This document shows positions 1-9,954 of a stretch of DNA of 64,000 nt, piece by piece. The stretch comes from an uncultured Planctomycetota bacterium (GTDB lineage Bacteria > Planctomycetota > Planctomycetia > Isosphaerales > Isosphaeraceae): contig CAWGMQ010000003.1 in the NCBI GenBank assembly GCA_963823665.1, positions 1,600,001-1,664,000 of the forward strand, written 5' to 3'. Every line of letters begins with the position of its first letter. Position 1 is the stretch's first letter. Made by a program: the position numbers and the translations under genes. The notes beneath the pieces were generated by a model that was not told the DNA's origin, did no database searches, and saw nothing but the letters and a program-made list of their open reading frames with translations.

Positions 1-1251
1 GAGAGCGACCAGAAGGTGGCCACGCTGGCTGCTGCTCTCGACCAGCAGAAGCAGGAGACCAATCGGCAGGTGGCCAGAATGGCCGCTGCGCTCGACCAGC
101 AGAAACAGGAGACCAACCGGCAGGTGGCCGAGCACACGCAGTGGCTGGGGCGGATGGGGGAGCAGATCGCCAAAGCCAAAACGAAGCGAGACCCGGTTAT
201 TGTGAATGGTGGAGTCAAGCCGGTTCCGGGTGTGAATCTTCGATTGGTGGTCCCCGCGAGGATTGCGGCGGTTCGCGGCGACGCGGGTGCCGAAGAGAAT
301 GGACAACGGCAGCCGGCGGCGGAAGCGGAACCGCCGGTTGAGGCCGCGCCGGACTATGTCTTCTTTTTCAAGCTGGCCGACGATTTCTACCGCGCGGGGA
401 AGTACGCCGACGCGGGCCAGATCTACTCGGACCTGATCGAACGATATCCCAAGGCCAGAGCGAGCTATCTGAGGCGAGGCGACTGTTTTGCCTCCATGCA
501 ACAATTTGACAAGGCGATTGCCGATTTCACGACAGCGATCACGCTTGCGCCCGATGATCCGCGGGCGTATCTTGCCAGGAGCTGGGCTTACCTCGGCAAG
601 GGCGCGACGGATCGGGCGATGGCCGACGCAGACGAGGCCCTTCGCCTGGAACCGACGCTGGCCGAGGCGCATCGGATTCGCGCCGAAGTGTTCGCGCGGA
701 AGGGCCAGCCGGTGCAGGCTGGCGCGGCGCGAGCGGAGGGGCTGTCGGTTCTTTATCGCCGCGGCGTGGATGCGATCGCCAAGCGCGACTATGCGGCGGG
801 GATCGCCGACCTCGAACGGGTGATCCGGCAAGCGCCAGGCGATGCGGAGGCGCATACGTGGTGTGCCAAGGCGCACTATCTGCGCCTGGATTTTCCGAAC
901 GCGGTGAAGGAATACACCGAGTCAATCGCGCTTTCGCCGGATGACAAAGATAGCTACAACAATCGGGGCATGGCGTCTTTTCGGATGGGGGCGCATGGCG
1001 CCGCCATTGCGGATTTCGATCAGGCGATTCAGCTTGATGACAAGTTTTCTGATGCTTACTTGAATCGGGGGACGGTGCGGCTGGCCTTGGGAGACCCGCA
1101 GCGAGCTGCTCGGGACTTTTCGAAGGTGCTCGAGCTGGACCCTCGGAGTGCGGGTGAAGCTTATCGTTTGCGCAGCGCTGCGTATGCCAGCATGGGCGCA
1201 TCGAATCAGGCGGCGAGCGATCGGAGGATTGCGGAGCGGTTGGGGAGGTAA
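1..1251 (+). CDS. TPR-repeat protein, probably 5'-partial; N-terminal 18-aa coiled-coil repeats
   Basis: Frame is open from base 1. About 8 classical 34-aa TPRs (e.g. AYLNRGTVRLALGDPQRAARDFSKVLELDP). 54-bp direct repeat encoding VAxxAAALDQQKQETNRQ at 16/70/124. Confidence 0.85.
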   Translation, partial: ESDQKVATLAAALDQQKQETNRQVARMAAALDQQKQETNRQVAEHTQWLGRMGEQIAKAKTKRDPVIVNGGVKPVPGVNLRLVVPARIAAVRGDAGAEENGQRQPAAEAEPPVEAAPDYVFFFKLADDFYRAGKYADAGQIYSDLIERYPKARASYLRRGDCFASMQQFDKAIADFTTAITLAPDDPRAYLARSWAYLGKGATDRAMADADEALRLEPTLAEAHRIRAEVFARKGQPVQAGAARAEGLSVLYRRGVDAIAKRDYAAGIADLERVIRQAPGDAEAHTWCAKAHYLRLDFPNAVKEYTESIALSPDDKDSYNNRGMASFRMGAHGAAIADFDQAIQLDDKFSDAYLNRGTVRLALGDPQRAARDFSKVLELDPRSAGEAYRLRSAAYASMGASNQAASDRRIAERLGR

Positions 1252-1265
1252 TTCGGCATCGCGGT

Positions 1266-4200
1266 TCACGGGCGGTCGGTGCTTAGCACGAATGCGGCCC
1301 AGTAGTACGGTGGTTGTCGTTCGGACTCTGGTCCGTCCTCGCGCTTCAGACCGCCGCGGCCGAGGTCGCCATGCAGGATCGAGAGCTGCGCTTCACGCAA
1401 TGCCTGGGCTGGGGACTGGTTTTTTCGCCAGAGGTTTTCGTAGAAGCCAGCCATCAGTGCCAGGGTGGGCTCGTCGCCGACCTTCCAGAGGCTGGCGATG
1501 ACGGAGTGGGCTCCGGCGACCTGGAAGGTGCGCTGGAGGCCCAGCAGGCCTTCGCCGCCGGCGACTTCGCCCAGGCCGGTTTCGCAGGCGGAGAGGACGG
1601 CCAGCTCGACGCTGGAGAGGTCTAGCTCGGCGACTTCGAGCGCGGTCAGGATGCCGTCGTCGTGGCCGATGGGCGTGGGGCGGATGTTGGCGCCGGCCAG
1701 CGCGATGCCGGAAAGCAGGCCGGGATGATAGCCGGACACGCCGGCACCGCCCAAGGTGTCGATTCCCGGGCGCTTCGTGTGTGAATCGGCCGGGGCGAGC
1801 GCCGATCGAAGTGACGCGGGGGCGAAGTAACCGTGGGTTGCGAAATGCAGGTAGCGGGACTTGGGGGCGAGCTGGCGAATCGATTCTTCGGTCGCCTGGT
1901 CTCCGCGCAGCACCTGGGGGTGAGGGGCTTCGGGGAAACGCTTTTCGAATGAGTCGCGGATTTCGAGAATCTCTTCGCCCGTGGAGGTGAGCGGGCCGAA
2001 ATCACGCTGAGCGCCGGCGCGAGTTTCGACGCCCGCGGATCGTTGCTCGCCCCGGTTGGTCGCTCCTTCGGCTTGGCGGTCGTAGTCGATGTCGCCGGCG
2101 AGCAGAAGCACCGGTCTGGACTCGAGGGCGATCGTATGGCCGGCACCAGCCGGCTCGACGCCACCCATCATCCGCGGGACGGGAATCAGGGCGATTGATC
2201 GCTCCTCGATCAGGTAACGGCCCGGATCCTTCCCCGGCAGGGCCGCCAGGGGAACCAGGCCGATCGGGCCGTCGGGTGAGATGAGCACCGAGGTGGCGCC
2301 TTCCAGGTGGGGTTCCAGCGGCTCCCAGATGAGATGCCGCAGAGCACGGGCTGGTTCGCCGCTGGCCGTTGACGGATTCGGGCTCATCAGCAGGGGACGC
2401 CAGTTGGCGATCGCTTTCAGAATGGCCGCGAACGGCCCCAGCTCGATGCGCGCGATCGGCTGACCCTGTCTGAGCACAAACGCGACCACGTGGAGCTCTC
2501 GCTCAAATTCGCCCTTGCCCGCGGCGGGGGGCTGATATGCCGTATAAACCAAGAAATCAACGAGTGCGGTCAGAGTGTTCGGCAAAGTTGCTTGAAGCTG
2601 CTCGGGGGTGCGGGTTGCGATCTTCTGTGCGGCGCGGAAGCCTGCATCCAGGCGAGAGAGCTCGGCTTCGAGCTCGTCCTTGCGGCGGGACAATTCCTCG
2701 AGCCGCGATTTCCATTTCTCGGCCTTCTTCGGATCTGGCACCGATAATGCCATGGCCGAGAGCTGGGTCACGGTTTCTGTGTACTCGTCGAACCGCTTGG
2801 CGGCCTCGGAGCCGGGGCTTGCCTGGTGAAGGCGACGCTGGGTCCGAAGCCGGCGCTGGCGCTCGAGCACGGTTCCCTTGGCGGCGAGGACGTGGCGGTA
2901 GAGGTCGCGGGCCGAAATCTTGGCCAGTGGGGAAAAGGACAGGTACGAATCGAGCAGCCCCCGAAGGCTGTTCGCCGTCGCCAGTTGCTGGCGTTCGGAT
3001 TGCACGGCGGCGGCCAGGTCGAGGTTGCCTTCGGCAATCTCGAGCGCTTTTGTCAGCAGCGGGTCTGCCGCGGCGACATCGCTGCGCGCCCAGGCAAGAA
3101 AGCCGAGATTGCTCAGGCTCGCAGCGTAGTCGGGGTGATGCTCGCCGAGTGCCTCCTTCCTGATCGCGAGCGCCCGCTCGTAGAGCGGACAGGCGGCGAC
3201 GTAGTCTCCCTGCGATTCGAGCACGAGGGCCAGGTTGTTCAGGTTGGTGGCATAGTCGGGGTGATGCTCGCCAAGTGCCTGCTTCCTTATCGCGAGCGCC
3301 CGCTCGAAGAGCGGGCGGGCGGCCGCGTAGTCTCTCTGCGATTCGAGCAAGAGGGCGAGGTTGTTCAGGCCCGTGGCGTAGGCGGGGTGCCGTTCGCCAA
3401 GTACGTCCTTTGTGATCGCCAGCGCGCGCTCGTAGAGCGGGCGGGCGGCGGCGTAGTCTCCCTGCGATTGGAGCAAGAGGGCCAGGTTGTTCAGGCTGCC
3501 GGCGTAGGCGGGGTGGCGTTCGCCAAGTACCTCTTTGCGGATCGCCAGCGCGCGCTCGTACAGCGGGCGGGCGGCGGCGTAGTCTCCGTGGGATCGGAGC
3601 AACCAGGCCAGGTTGTTCAGGTTGGTGGCATAGTCGGGGTGACGCTCGCCAAGTACCTCCTTATTGATCGCCAGCGCGCGCTCGAACAGCGGGCGGGCGG
3701 CGGCGTAATCCCCTTGCGATTTGAGCAATAAGGCCAGGTTATTCAGGCTGACGGCGTAGTCGGCGTGACACTCGCCGAGGAGGTCCCTCTTAATCGCCAG
3801 AGCCCGCTCGTGGAGCGGGCGGGCGGCGGCGTAATCTCCTTGCGATTCGAGCAATACGGCCAGGTTATTCAGGCTTGTAGCGTAGTCGGGGTGACGCTCG
3901 CCAAGTGCCTCCTTGTTGATCGCCAGCGCCCGCTCGTAGAGTGGGCGTGCGGCAGCGTAGTCTCCCTGCGTAGCGCGCAATGCGGCAAGGTTGTTCAGGT
4001 TGGCTGCGTGGCCGGGGTGGCGCTCGCCTAGTACCTCCTTGTCGATCGCCAGCGCCCGCTCGGAAAGCGGGCGGGCGGCGGCGAAGTCTCCCTGCGACCC
4101 GAGAAACGCGGCCAGGTTCTTGAGGCTGGTAGCGAACTCGCGGTGACGCTCCCCGAGTACCTCCTTGTAAATCGCCAACCCGCGACGGGCCAATGCCGCG

Positions 4201-4724
4201 GCTTCGGCGTACTTTCCCTGGTTATAGAGAGCCACGGCATTTTGGTTCAAGCGCCTGGCTTGTTCCAATCGTTCTCGCTGTTTACCGGTGAGCGAGGCTT
4301 GGAGCTTCACGTCGTCTAGCGCGAGGCGGGCGTCGGTTGCCTTCCAGTGCGCCTCGCCGAACCGCTTTTGCACAATTTGCAATGCTTCTTGCCGGGCAGC
4401 CGTGGCTGCGGGGAAGTCATTCTTCTGAAGATGGAGCTGCGCGAGCCACTCGAGCGAAAGGGCCAGGTCGGGATCGTCAGCGGCAAAGACCTTACGCTCG
4501 ATGGCTAGCGTCGCCTGGGCGGCCGTGATCGCATCGGCGAGCTTGCCCTGGGCCCCCAGCGTCTGACTTTCTTTCCGAAGCCGGTCACGCTCCTTGAGCT
4601 GTGATTTGGCCTGGTCTGACAACTGCTGGGAGAATGCGGCCGTTTCTGCTGCGGGCTGCGCTTGCCAGGCCAAGAGCGCGACGATCGCGACGATCCGAAT
4701 GCGAGAAGGCCAACTGCGGCTCAT
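1266..4724 (-). CDS. TPR (42-aa kinesin-light-chain type) + CHAT caspase-like peptidase, with putative signal peptide
   Basis: About 9 tandem 126-bp repeats (HPDYATSLNNLA..RALAI..LGE). CHAT dyad motifs LHFATHG and VLSACETG, C-terminal PYYWAAF. ATG 4724 with GGAGAG RBS is followed by a hydrophobic leader (the ORF track extends to 4814). Confidence 0.9.
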   Translation of the reverse strand: MSRSWPSRIRIVAIVALLAWQAQPAAETAAFSQQLSDQAKSQLKERDRLRKESQTLGAQGKLADAITAAQATLAIERKVFAADDPDLALSLEWLAQLHLQKNDFPAATAARQEALQIVQKRFGEAHWKATDARLALDDVKLQASLTGKQRERLEQARRLNQNAVALYNQGKYAEAAALARRGLAIYKEVLGERHREFATSLKNLAAFLGSQGDFAAARPLSERALAIDKEVLGERHPGHAANLNNLAALRATQGDYAAARPLYERALAINKEALGERHPDYATSLNNLAVLLESQGDYAAARPLHERALAIKRDLLGECHADYAVSLNNLALLLKSQGDYAAARPLFERALAINKEVLGERHPDYATNLNNLAWLLRSHGDYAAARPLYERALAIRKEVLGERHPAYAGSLNNLALLLQSQGDYAAARPLYERALAITKDVLGERHPAYATGLNNLALLLESQRDYAAARPLFERALAIRKQALGEHHPDYATNLNNLALVLESQGDYVAACPLYERALAIRKEALGEHHPDYAASLSNLGFLAWARSDVAAADPLLTKALEIAEGNLDLAAAVQSERQQLATANSLRGLLDSYLSFSPLAKISARDLYRHVLAAKGTVLERQRRLRTQRRLHQASPGSEAAKRFDEYTETVTQLSAMALSVPDPKKAEKWKSRLEELSRRKDELEAELSRLDAGFRAAQKIATRTPEQLQATLPNTLTALVDFLVYTAYQPPAAGKGEFERELHVVAFVLRQGQPIARIELGPFAAILKAIANWRPLLMSPNPSTASGEPARALRHLIWEPLEPHLEGATSVLISPDGPIGLVPLAALPGKDPGRYLIEERSIALIPVPRMMGGVEPAGAGHTIALESRPVLLLAGDIDYDRQAEGATNRGEQRSAGVETRAGAQRDFGPLTSTGEEILEIRDSFEKRFPEAPHPQVLRGDQATEESIRQLAPKSRYLHFATHGYFAPASLRSALAPADSHTKRPGIDTLGGAGVSGYHPGLLSGIALAGANIRPTPIGHDDGILTALEVAELDLSSVELAVLSACETGLGEVAGGEGLLGLQRTFQVAGAHSVIASLWKVGDEPTLALMAGFYENLWRKNQSPAQALREAQLSILHGDLGRGGLKREDGPESERQPPYYWAAFVLSTDRP

Positions 4725-5211
4725 GAGTGCTCTCCCGGATGATGTGATCGCAGTCCGATGCAGCCGGCGCGGCTGATGCGATCTCTCGCCGATCGACGCG
4801 TTTTGAATTCTCACCGACTGGAGGCGCTCGAGTCAAAGGAAATCGACGGCCGTTGAAATGTGTAGCTCGCAAGAATTTGCGGTGAAGAGTGGCTCCGTTT
4901 TTGGCCGGCGACGGGTTCCTTGACACGAGCGCCGCCTGAATGGCCGGGATGAATTCCGCCCTGTCCGAGTCGTCGCGATGAAAGCACCAAACACCCAAGA
5001 GACAGGATTTTCCCGCGCGAAAGCTCGTTGCCATCAAACGCAAGAACTCGCGGGACATTTCTTCGTTCTAAAAACCGCCTCAGAGCGCAGTTTCCCGCGC
5101 AGGCGGTTCCACAATCGCCTCGACGTGTGACCCGAGCGCGAATCTTGTTCGACGTCTCCAGACTCCAGTAGATTAGATGTTGCGAACGATCAAGGCAAAA
5201 GAGGCCGATCC

Positions 5212-5451
5212 ATGAACTGGGAAGACCGAATCAGCGTCAGCTCCGACGTGTGTCACGGCAAAGCGTGCATCAAGGGGACGCGTGTGATGGTGTCCGTGGT
5301 GCTGGCGAACGTCGCGGCTGGCGAGCCGTTTGAAACGATCATGAGCGGTTATCACATCACAAGGGAGGACATCCAGGCGGCGCTATACTTCGCAGCCGAC
5401 CTGGCTCAGGACCGATCTCGGCCGCATCATTCGACCGCTAACTTCCGATGA
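5212..5451 (+). CDS. DUF433 family protein (antitoxin-like)
   Basis: Motif RISVSSDVCHGKACIKGTRVMVSVVL...ITREDIQAAL; GAGG RBS. Confidence 0.85.
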   Translation: MNWEDRISVSSDVCHGKACIKGTRVMVSVVLANVAAGEPFETIMSGYHITREDIQAALYFAADLAQDRSRPHHSTANFR

Positions 5452-5645
5452 CGACCTCCTCGGCGAGATGCTAGTCTGATATGCGGCGTCTTCACCTACA
5501 TCGCACCGAGCACGAGTTACTGAACGCTCATCCGGAAGCCCAGACTGAAGAAGAACTCAACTCAGCTCGAAGCTCAGATCTCAAACCCCAATCGATCCGA
5601 AAACTTAAGAGTCAACCACGACGATGGCTCGCGCCGAGTCTCCCG

Positions 5646-5771
5646 CTTCGTTACCTTTGTTTGCTTCTGTTCAAGCCTGATGCGCTCACCTGAGAGCTTG
5701 TCTGCGTCGGCAAGGTGCGAATGGATGGCATTGGTCGGAAGTTTGAACATAAGCAAACGAAGGTAACGAAG
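5646..5771. repeat. 29-bp inverted repeat pair (REPIN/MITE-like)
   Basis: CTTCGTTACCTTTGTTTGCTTCTGTTCAA (5646-5674) and its reverse complement at 5743-5771 (27/29 match), 68-bp spacer. Confidence 0.8.
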
Positions 5772-5789
5772 ACGTCTGTGGGGCTCACG

Positions 5790-6035
5790 TCGGAGACCTG
5801 CGGTCGAGCCGGGAGGGCGGGGTCGGAGACCCGCGCCCAACTTTGCGGGCTCGGTTGGATCTCTGCCCCGTGCGCGCGTCTCGGAGACCTGCGGTCGCGC
5901 CGGAGGGCGGGGTCGGAGACCCGCGCCCAACTTTGCGGGCTCGGTTGGATCTCTCCCCGTGCGCGCGTCTCCTCGCAGACCTGCGGTCGCGCCTGGGGGC
6001 GGCGACCCTTCGGGTGCCCGAGACCCGCGCCCGAC
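5790..6035. repeat. REP-like tandem repeat, about 91-bp unit x about 2.7
   Basis: GGAGACCTGCGGTCG...GGGTCGGAGACCCGCGCCCAAC units start at 5790 and 5881, with a degenerate third unit near 5976. Confidence 0.85.
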
Positions 6036-6036
6036 T

Positions 6037-6489
6037 TCAATCGAGCAGCGTTTCGATCGCGTGCAGCATGCCTGCCCATCCCTTTTCGGTCTGTGCCATG
6101 TATTCAATCCATTGTGCATCCATCTCGTGGACGATCGTCGCGACGCAGCCGCCGGCTTCGGGATCGATGGTCAGAGTCACCACGGAGGGATTGGCCTCCT
6201 CGTTTTCGTCGACGATCCAGGTGAACGCGATCTTCCGCGGACGATCCAATTCCAGGTAGGTGCCCCAATGCCGGGCTTCGGTTCCGTCGCGGAGATCCGA
6301 GAAGAAGAACTTGCCGCCGACCCGTGCGTCGATCTCAATTCGTTGAATGTCACCGGCGAGGCCGAAGCCTTTCAATGCGGAAGTCATCCACAATCGTACC
6401 TGTGCTGGATTGAGCCAGGCATCGTAGACTTGCTCGGCGGTTGCTTTGAAGCGATGGGTGACCTTTGCCTCGATTTTTGAACTCATCAA
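6037..6489 (-). CDS. SRPBCC/AHSA1 (START-like) domain protein
   Basis: ATAEQVYDAW...IDARVGGKF...GTYLELDRPRKIAFTW...GW; overlaps the upstream ArsR gene. Confidence 0.85.
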   Translation of the reverse strand: MMSSKIEAKVTHRFKATAEQVYDAWLNPAQVRLWMTSALKGFGLAGDIQRIEIDARVGGKFFFSDLRDGTEARHWGTYLELDRPRKIAFTWIVDENEEANPSVVTLTIDPEAGGCVATIVHEMDAQWIEYMAQTEKGWAGMLHAIETLLD

Positions 6490-6836
6490 CGTCGCTCCTT
6501 GGTCGGATTTTCCGCGCTCAACAAATCGTCAATTGCAGCCAGGCTTGCTCGCCAGAAGGCTTGCTGATCGGCAACCCATTTCTGGACTCTCAGGAGCGGA
6601 TCGGGGCGGAATTGCAGGATGTGCTCTCGGCCGACTCTTCGTCGCTCGACGAGTTTGGCGCGTTCCAGAAGCTTGATGTGCTTGGATACGGAATTGAGCG
6701 AAATCTCGAAGGGGGCTGCCAGGTCGGTCACTCGCGCTTCGGCGCGGGCGAGACGCCGCAGGATCTCGCGACGGGTCGGATCGGCGAGTGCGATCAGCGT
6801 GTGGTCGAGTGCCTGATCTCGCGGGGATCGTGACAT
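6486..6836 (-). CDS. ArsR/SmtB family transcriptional regulator
   Basis: ALADPTRREILRRL...VTDLAAPFEISLNSVSKHIKLLERAKLV...GRE; typical ArsR-SRPBCC pair. Confidence 0.9.
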   Translation of the reverse strand: MSRSPRDQALDHTLIALADPTRREILRRLARAEARVTDLAAPFEISLNSVSKHIKLLERAKLVERRRVGREHILQFRPDPLLRVQKWVADQQAFWRASLAAIDDLLSAENPTKERR

Positions 6837-6922
6837 TGTTCACCCTTTTGGGTGAATATATCAGGCGAGGGCGCGAACGGCAACAGGGGACGGCGCTCGG
6901 ATGCTGGTTCGATCGGAGCGGA

Positions 6923-6946
6923 CGGCACACGGAGTGTGCATGCTAC
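6923..6946 (-). repeat. GTAG-type REP palindrome (family A; also at 16229-16253 and 20741-20765)
   Basis: CGGCACACGGAGTGTGC(C/A)TGCTAC, which on the minus strand is a GTAG foot plus a GCACAC/GTGTGC hairpin. Confidence 0.75.
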
Positions 6947-7233
6947 AGCTTCGTGGTTCAAGAAAACCCCAGTTCCGTTGCGCAATGGCATTACGTTCAC
7001 TAGTCATATGGATTTCGGATATTCGTGGTGAAAAGAAATGTCGAGTCAGATCTGGGTGGGAAGGGGAGTACGATCTCCTGAGCCTGGTGGCTTTGCAAAC
7101 GACCTCGACCCGCCCGTTCATCCGGCCTGTGCCCCTCGGTTTTGACGTGCGTCAAGAACCAAGTCGCGGGGGCGACATCGACAGTCCACGAGCACTGTGA
7201 CCTTCCTGACTCAACTGTCAAAGGAGCGACCCA

Positions 7234-9615
7234 ATGTGCGCGCTTTTCCACGGTCTCTCGCTGTTCTCTCCCAATACCCGTCACTCGACCAACGGACAAG
7301 GATCGCCTTCGAAAAGGGCCAAGGAGCCTGTTCGACGGGCACGTCGGGCGCGGTTTGCCATCGAATCGCTTGAAACGCGCGATTTGATGAGCGGGATGGG
7401 CACATCCATGAGCAACATGGCGCCGCCAACAAGAGGCGTCGTCCCGTCGGACATCACTCCCGAGTTTACGCTCGCCGGTCGGGCGGTTTCTTCAACCCAG
7501 GTGAACCTTTCCTGGGTTTTTGCCGCGGGGGACACTTACGTAATTTACGAATTATTGCCCACCGGCAAGAATGTCGGCAATGAGACTAACCTCACTGAGT
7601 CGACAGCCTCAGACAGCTATTCCGTCACGGGACTCTCCCCAGACACCTCGTATACCTTTTACGTCGTCGATATCAACTACGACGTCCCGCGGAATGATCA
7701 AGACATTTTCTCGACCAATCTGACGGTCACCACGTGGGTTGCCGCCCCGTCCTTTGCACTCTCGGCCGTTCCCTCTGGGCAGGCCACGACATCGCAAGTC
7801 AATCTCTCCTGGCAGAGCGTTCCCGGTGCGACCGGCTGCGGTATCCAGTACCAGGCCAACGGCAGCGGACCCTGGATCACGGCCGCTTCTCCGGGACAGA
7901 ACAGTACGAGCTGGTCCGTTACCGGCTTGAATCCGAACACCCCTTACGACTTTGAAATGACCGCATCAAACAGTCTGGGCACGACGACGTCGGCAGCTCA
8001 GAGCGTGACCACGCTGGGCGCGGGCCCGCCGTTTACGCTCTCGGCCCCCTCCTCCACTCAGGTTAGCGCGAACTGGACTGACGTGGCCAACGGAACCGAT
8101 TACGTCGTCGACCAGCAGGCCGCCAACGGCAACTGGGCGTATGCGGCGAGCTCCACGAGCGGCACAAGCGCGCAGATCAGCGGATTGAGTCCCTACACGA
8201 ATTACACCTTCAAGGTTGGTGTGCTCGGGTCGTGGGGCGTCGCCTGGGCCAACCAGCAGAGCATCTACACTCAGCCGGCCCCGCTGACACTGAATGCGAG
8301 TTTGGTTTACCCGGCGCAGGCCAATCTTTCGTGGAACAGTGCATTCGGCGCCAGCAGCTACGTAGTCTACGAACAAGATGCGTCGACCGGTTCTGCCTGG
8401 CAGGCGGTTTACAACACGCCCGGCACCACGTATCAGACGCCCTCACTCAGCGCCGACAGTTACTACAACTTCAAAGTGACTGATCTCGGTGCCTGGGGCG
8501 CTACCACGTCGAATGATCCAGGCGTGCTCACATTAGCGAACGGCCCGACGCTGACCGCGACGCCGGCGGGTTCCACACAGGTCAATCTCTCATGGAACAA
8601 TGTTTTCCCCGGCCAGGGTTACGGCGCGATCAACAACTACGTGGTCGACGAGCAGGTCTCCGGCGGCTGGGAAGAAGTGGCGACGACGGCCACTACCAGC
8701 TTTGGCGTCACCGGCTTGAGCCCCAACGCAACCTACACATTCAAAGTGGGCGCGACGAACACGTCGGGCACGAGCTATTCAAGTAATGTGAGCGCTCTGA
8801 CGTATCCGGCCGCCCCGTCACTGACGGCGATAGCAGTGTCTTCGACGCAGGTCAATCTGTCGTGGAACGGCGTTCCTGGAGGAGCCACGGGCTTCCTGGT
8901 GTTAGAGCAGATATCGGGCGGCTACTCGGTGGTCACCACGCTGGGCAGCGGCGCCACGAGCTACAGCGTAAGCGGCTTGACCCCGGGTACATCCTATGAA
9001 TTCGAGGTCGCCGCCTGCAACGCATCGGGAGAATCCATCTCGAATGCCGCGAAGACGATCACCTTGCCCATCGCTCCAACAATCAGCGCGACGCCGGTTT
9101 CTTCCTCACAGGTCAATCTCTCATGGAATAGCATCACGGGTGCGACAGGCTATTTGATCAATGAGTGGCGGAGTGGCAACCTCCAGCAGATCATCAATGT
9201 GGCGGCGCCAAGCAGCGGCTATTCCGTCACCGGGCTGTTCGCGGACACGACGTACACGTTCCAGGTGGAATCGTACAACGCCTCCGGCTATGCCTGGTCA
9301 AACACTGTGAGCGCGCTCACCTATCCGGCGGCACCGTCGGTGACGTTGACAGCGGTTGGTGCGACCGGAGTCGACATTTCGTGGAATAGTGTCGTCGGTG
9401 CGACCAGCTACGTGATCGACGAATACATCGGTAATGCTTGGGTACAAATCGCGACCGTCAGCAGTGGCACCACGAGCTTCGCGCTGACCGGCTTGTTGGT
9501 CCCGAACTACGGCTACAACTTCATCGTCGGTGCCGTAAACTCGTCGGGCACGACGTGGTCAACGTCCCAGGAGATCATCCTGAAGGGCGAGCGCCCTGGC
9601 CCGCTGCCAGGCTGA
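7234..9615 (+). CDS. Fibronectin type III repeat surface protein (about 8 FN3) with planctomycete export leader
   Basis: Leader RRARFAIESLETRDLMS; repeated SSTQVNLSW...VTGLSPxTxYTFxV domains; AAGGAG RBS. Confidence 0.88.
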   Translation: MCALFHGLSLFSPNTRHSTNGQGSPSKRAKEPVRRARRARFAIESLETRDLMSGMGTSMSNMAPPTRGVVPSDITPEFTLAGRAVSSTQVNLSWVFAAGDTYVIYELLPTGKNVGNETNLTESTASDSYSVTGLSPDTSYTFYVVDINYDVPRNDQDIFSTNLTVTTWVAAPSFALSAVPSGQATTSQVNLSWQSVPGATGCGIQYQANGSGPWITAASPGQNSTSWSVTGLNPNTPYDFEMTASNSLGTTTSAAQSVTTLGAGPPFTLSAPSSTQVSANWTDVANGTDYVVDQQAANGNWAYAASSTSGTSAQISGLSPYTNYTFKVGVLGSWGVAWANQQSIYTQPAPLTLNASLVYPAQANLSWNSAFGASSYVVYEQDASTGSAWQAVYNTPGTTYQTPSLSADSYYNFKVTDLGAWGATTSNDPGVLTLANGPTLTATPAGSTQVNLSWNNVFPGQGYGAINNYVVDEQVSGGWEEVATTATTSFGVTGLSPNATYTFKVGATNTSGTSYSSNVSALTYPAAPSLTAIAVSSTQVNLSWNGVPGGATGFLVLEQISGGYSVVTTLGSGATSYSVSGLTPGTSYEFEVAACNASGESISNAAKTITLPIAPTISATPVSSSQVNLSWNSITGATGYLINEWRSGNLQQIINVAAPSSGYSVTGLFADTTYTFQVESYNASGYAWSNTVSALTYPAAPSVTLTAVGATGVDISWNSVVGATSYVIDEYIGNAWVQIATVSSGTTSFALTGLLVPNYGYNFIVGAVNSSGTTWSTSQEIILKGERPGPLPG

Positions 9616-9891
9616 TACACGGACCGACGCATCCTGATCGGCTCTGCCGCGCGATCGGCGCCTGAAGCTGATCGGTGTGAACAGGTGAGATCCAAACAAC
9701 GAGCCAGGTACGACTTCGACCGGCTGTCGCGATCACCGCGGCGGCCGGTTTCGTCTTCTGGCGTTACCCTTTTTCTTACGAACCGTTTCGCAGGATGGGC
9801 AATCCGACGCAGGTCAGAACGACTAGCGTGGCCACTCGTTGGGCGCGCTTTCCGAAATCTGGATAAAATGTCCGCGGATTTCTTGGCGCCG

Positions 9892-9909
9892 GCGACGCGG
9901 TTTCGTCGC
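9892..9909. promoter_or_regulatory. Palindrome GCGACG-N6-CGTCGC upstream of kinase 1 (second copy at 17926-17943)
   Basis: Arms are identical upstream of both kinase paralogues while the 6-nt spacer differs (CGGTTT vs CCGTCT). Confidence 0.45.
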
Positions 9910-9954
9910 ATTGAGGTAGAGTCGACTTCGTAGTTGCGTGCCGGAGGTGCGGCC

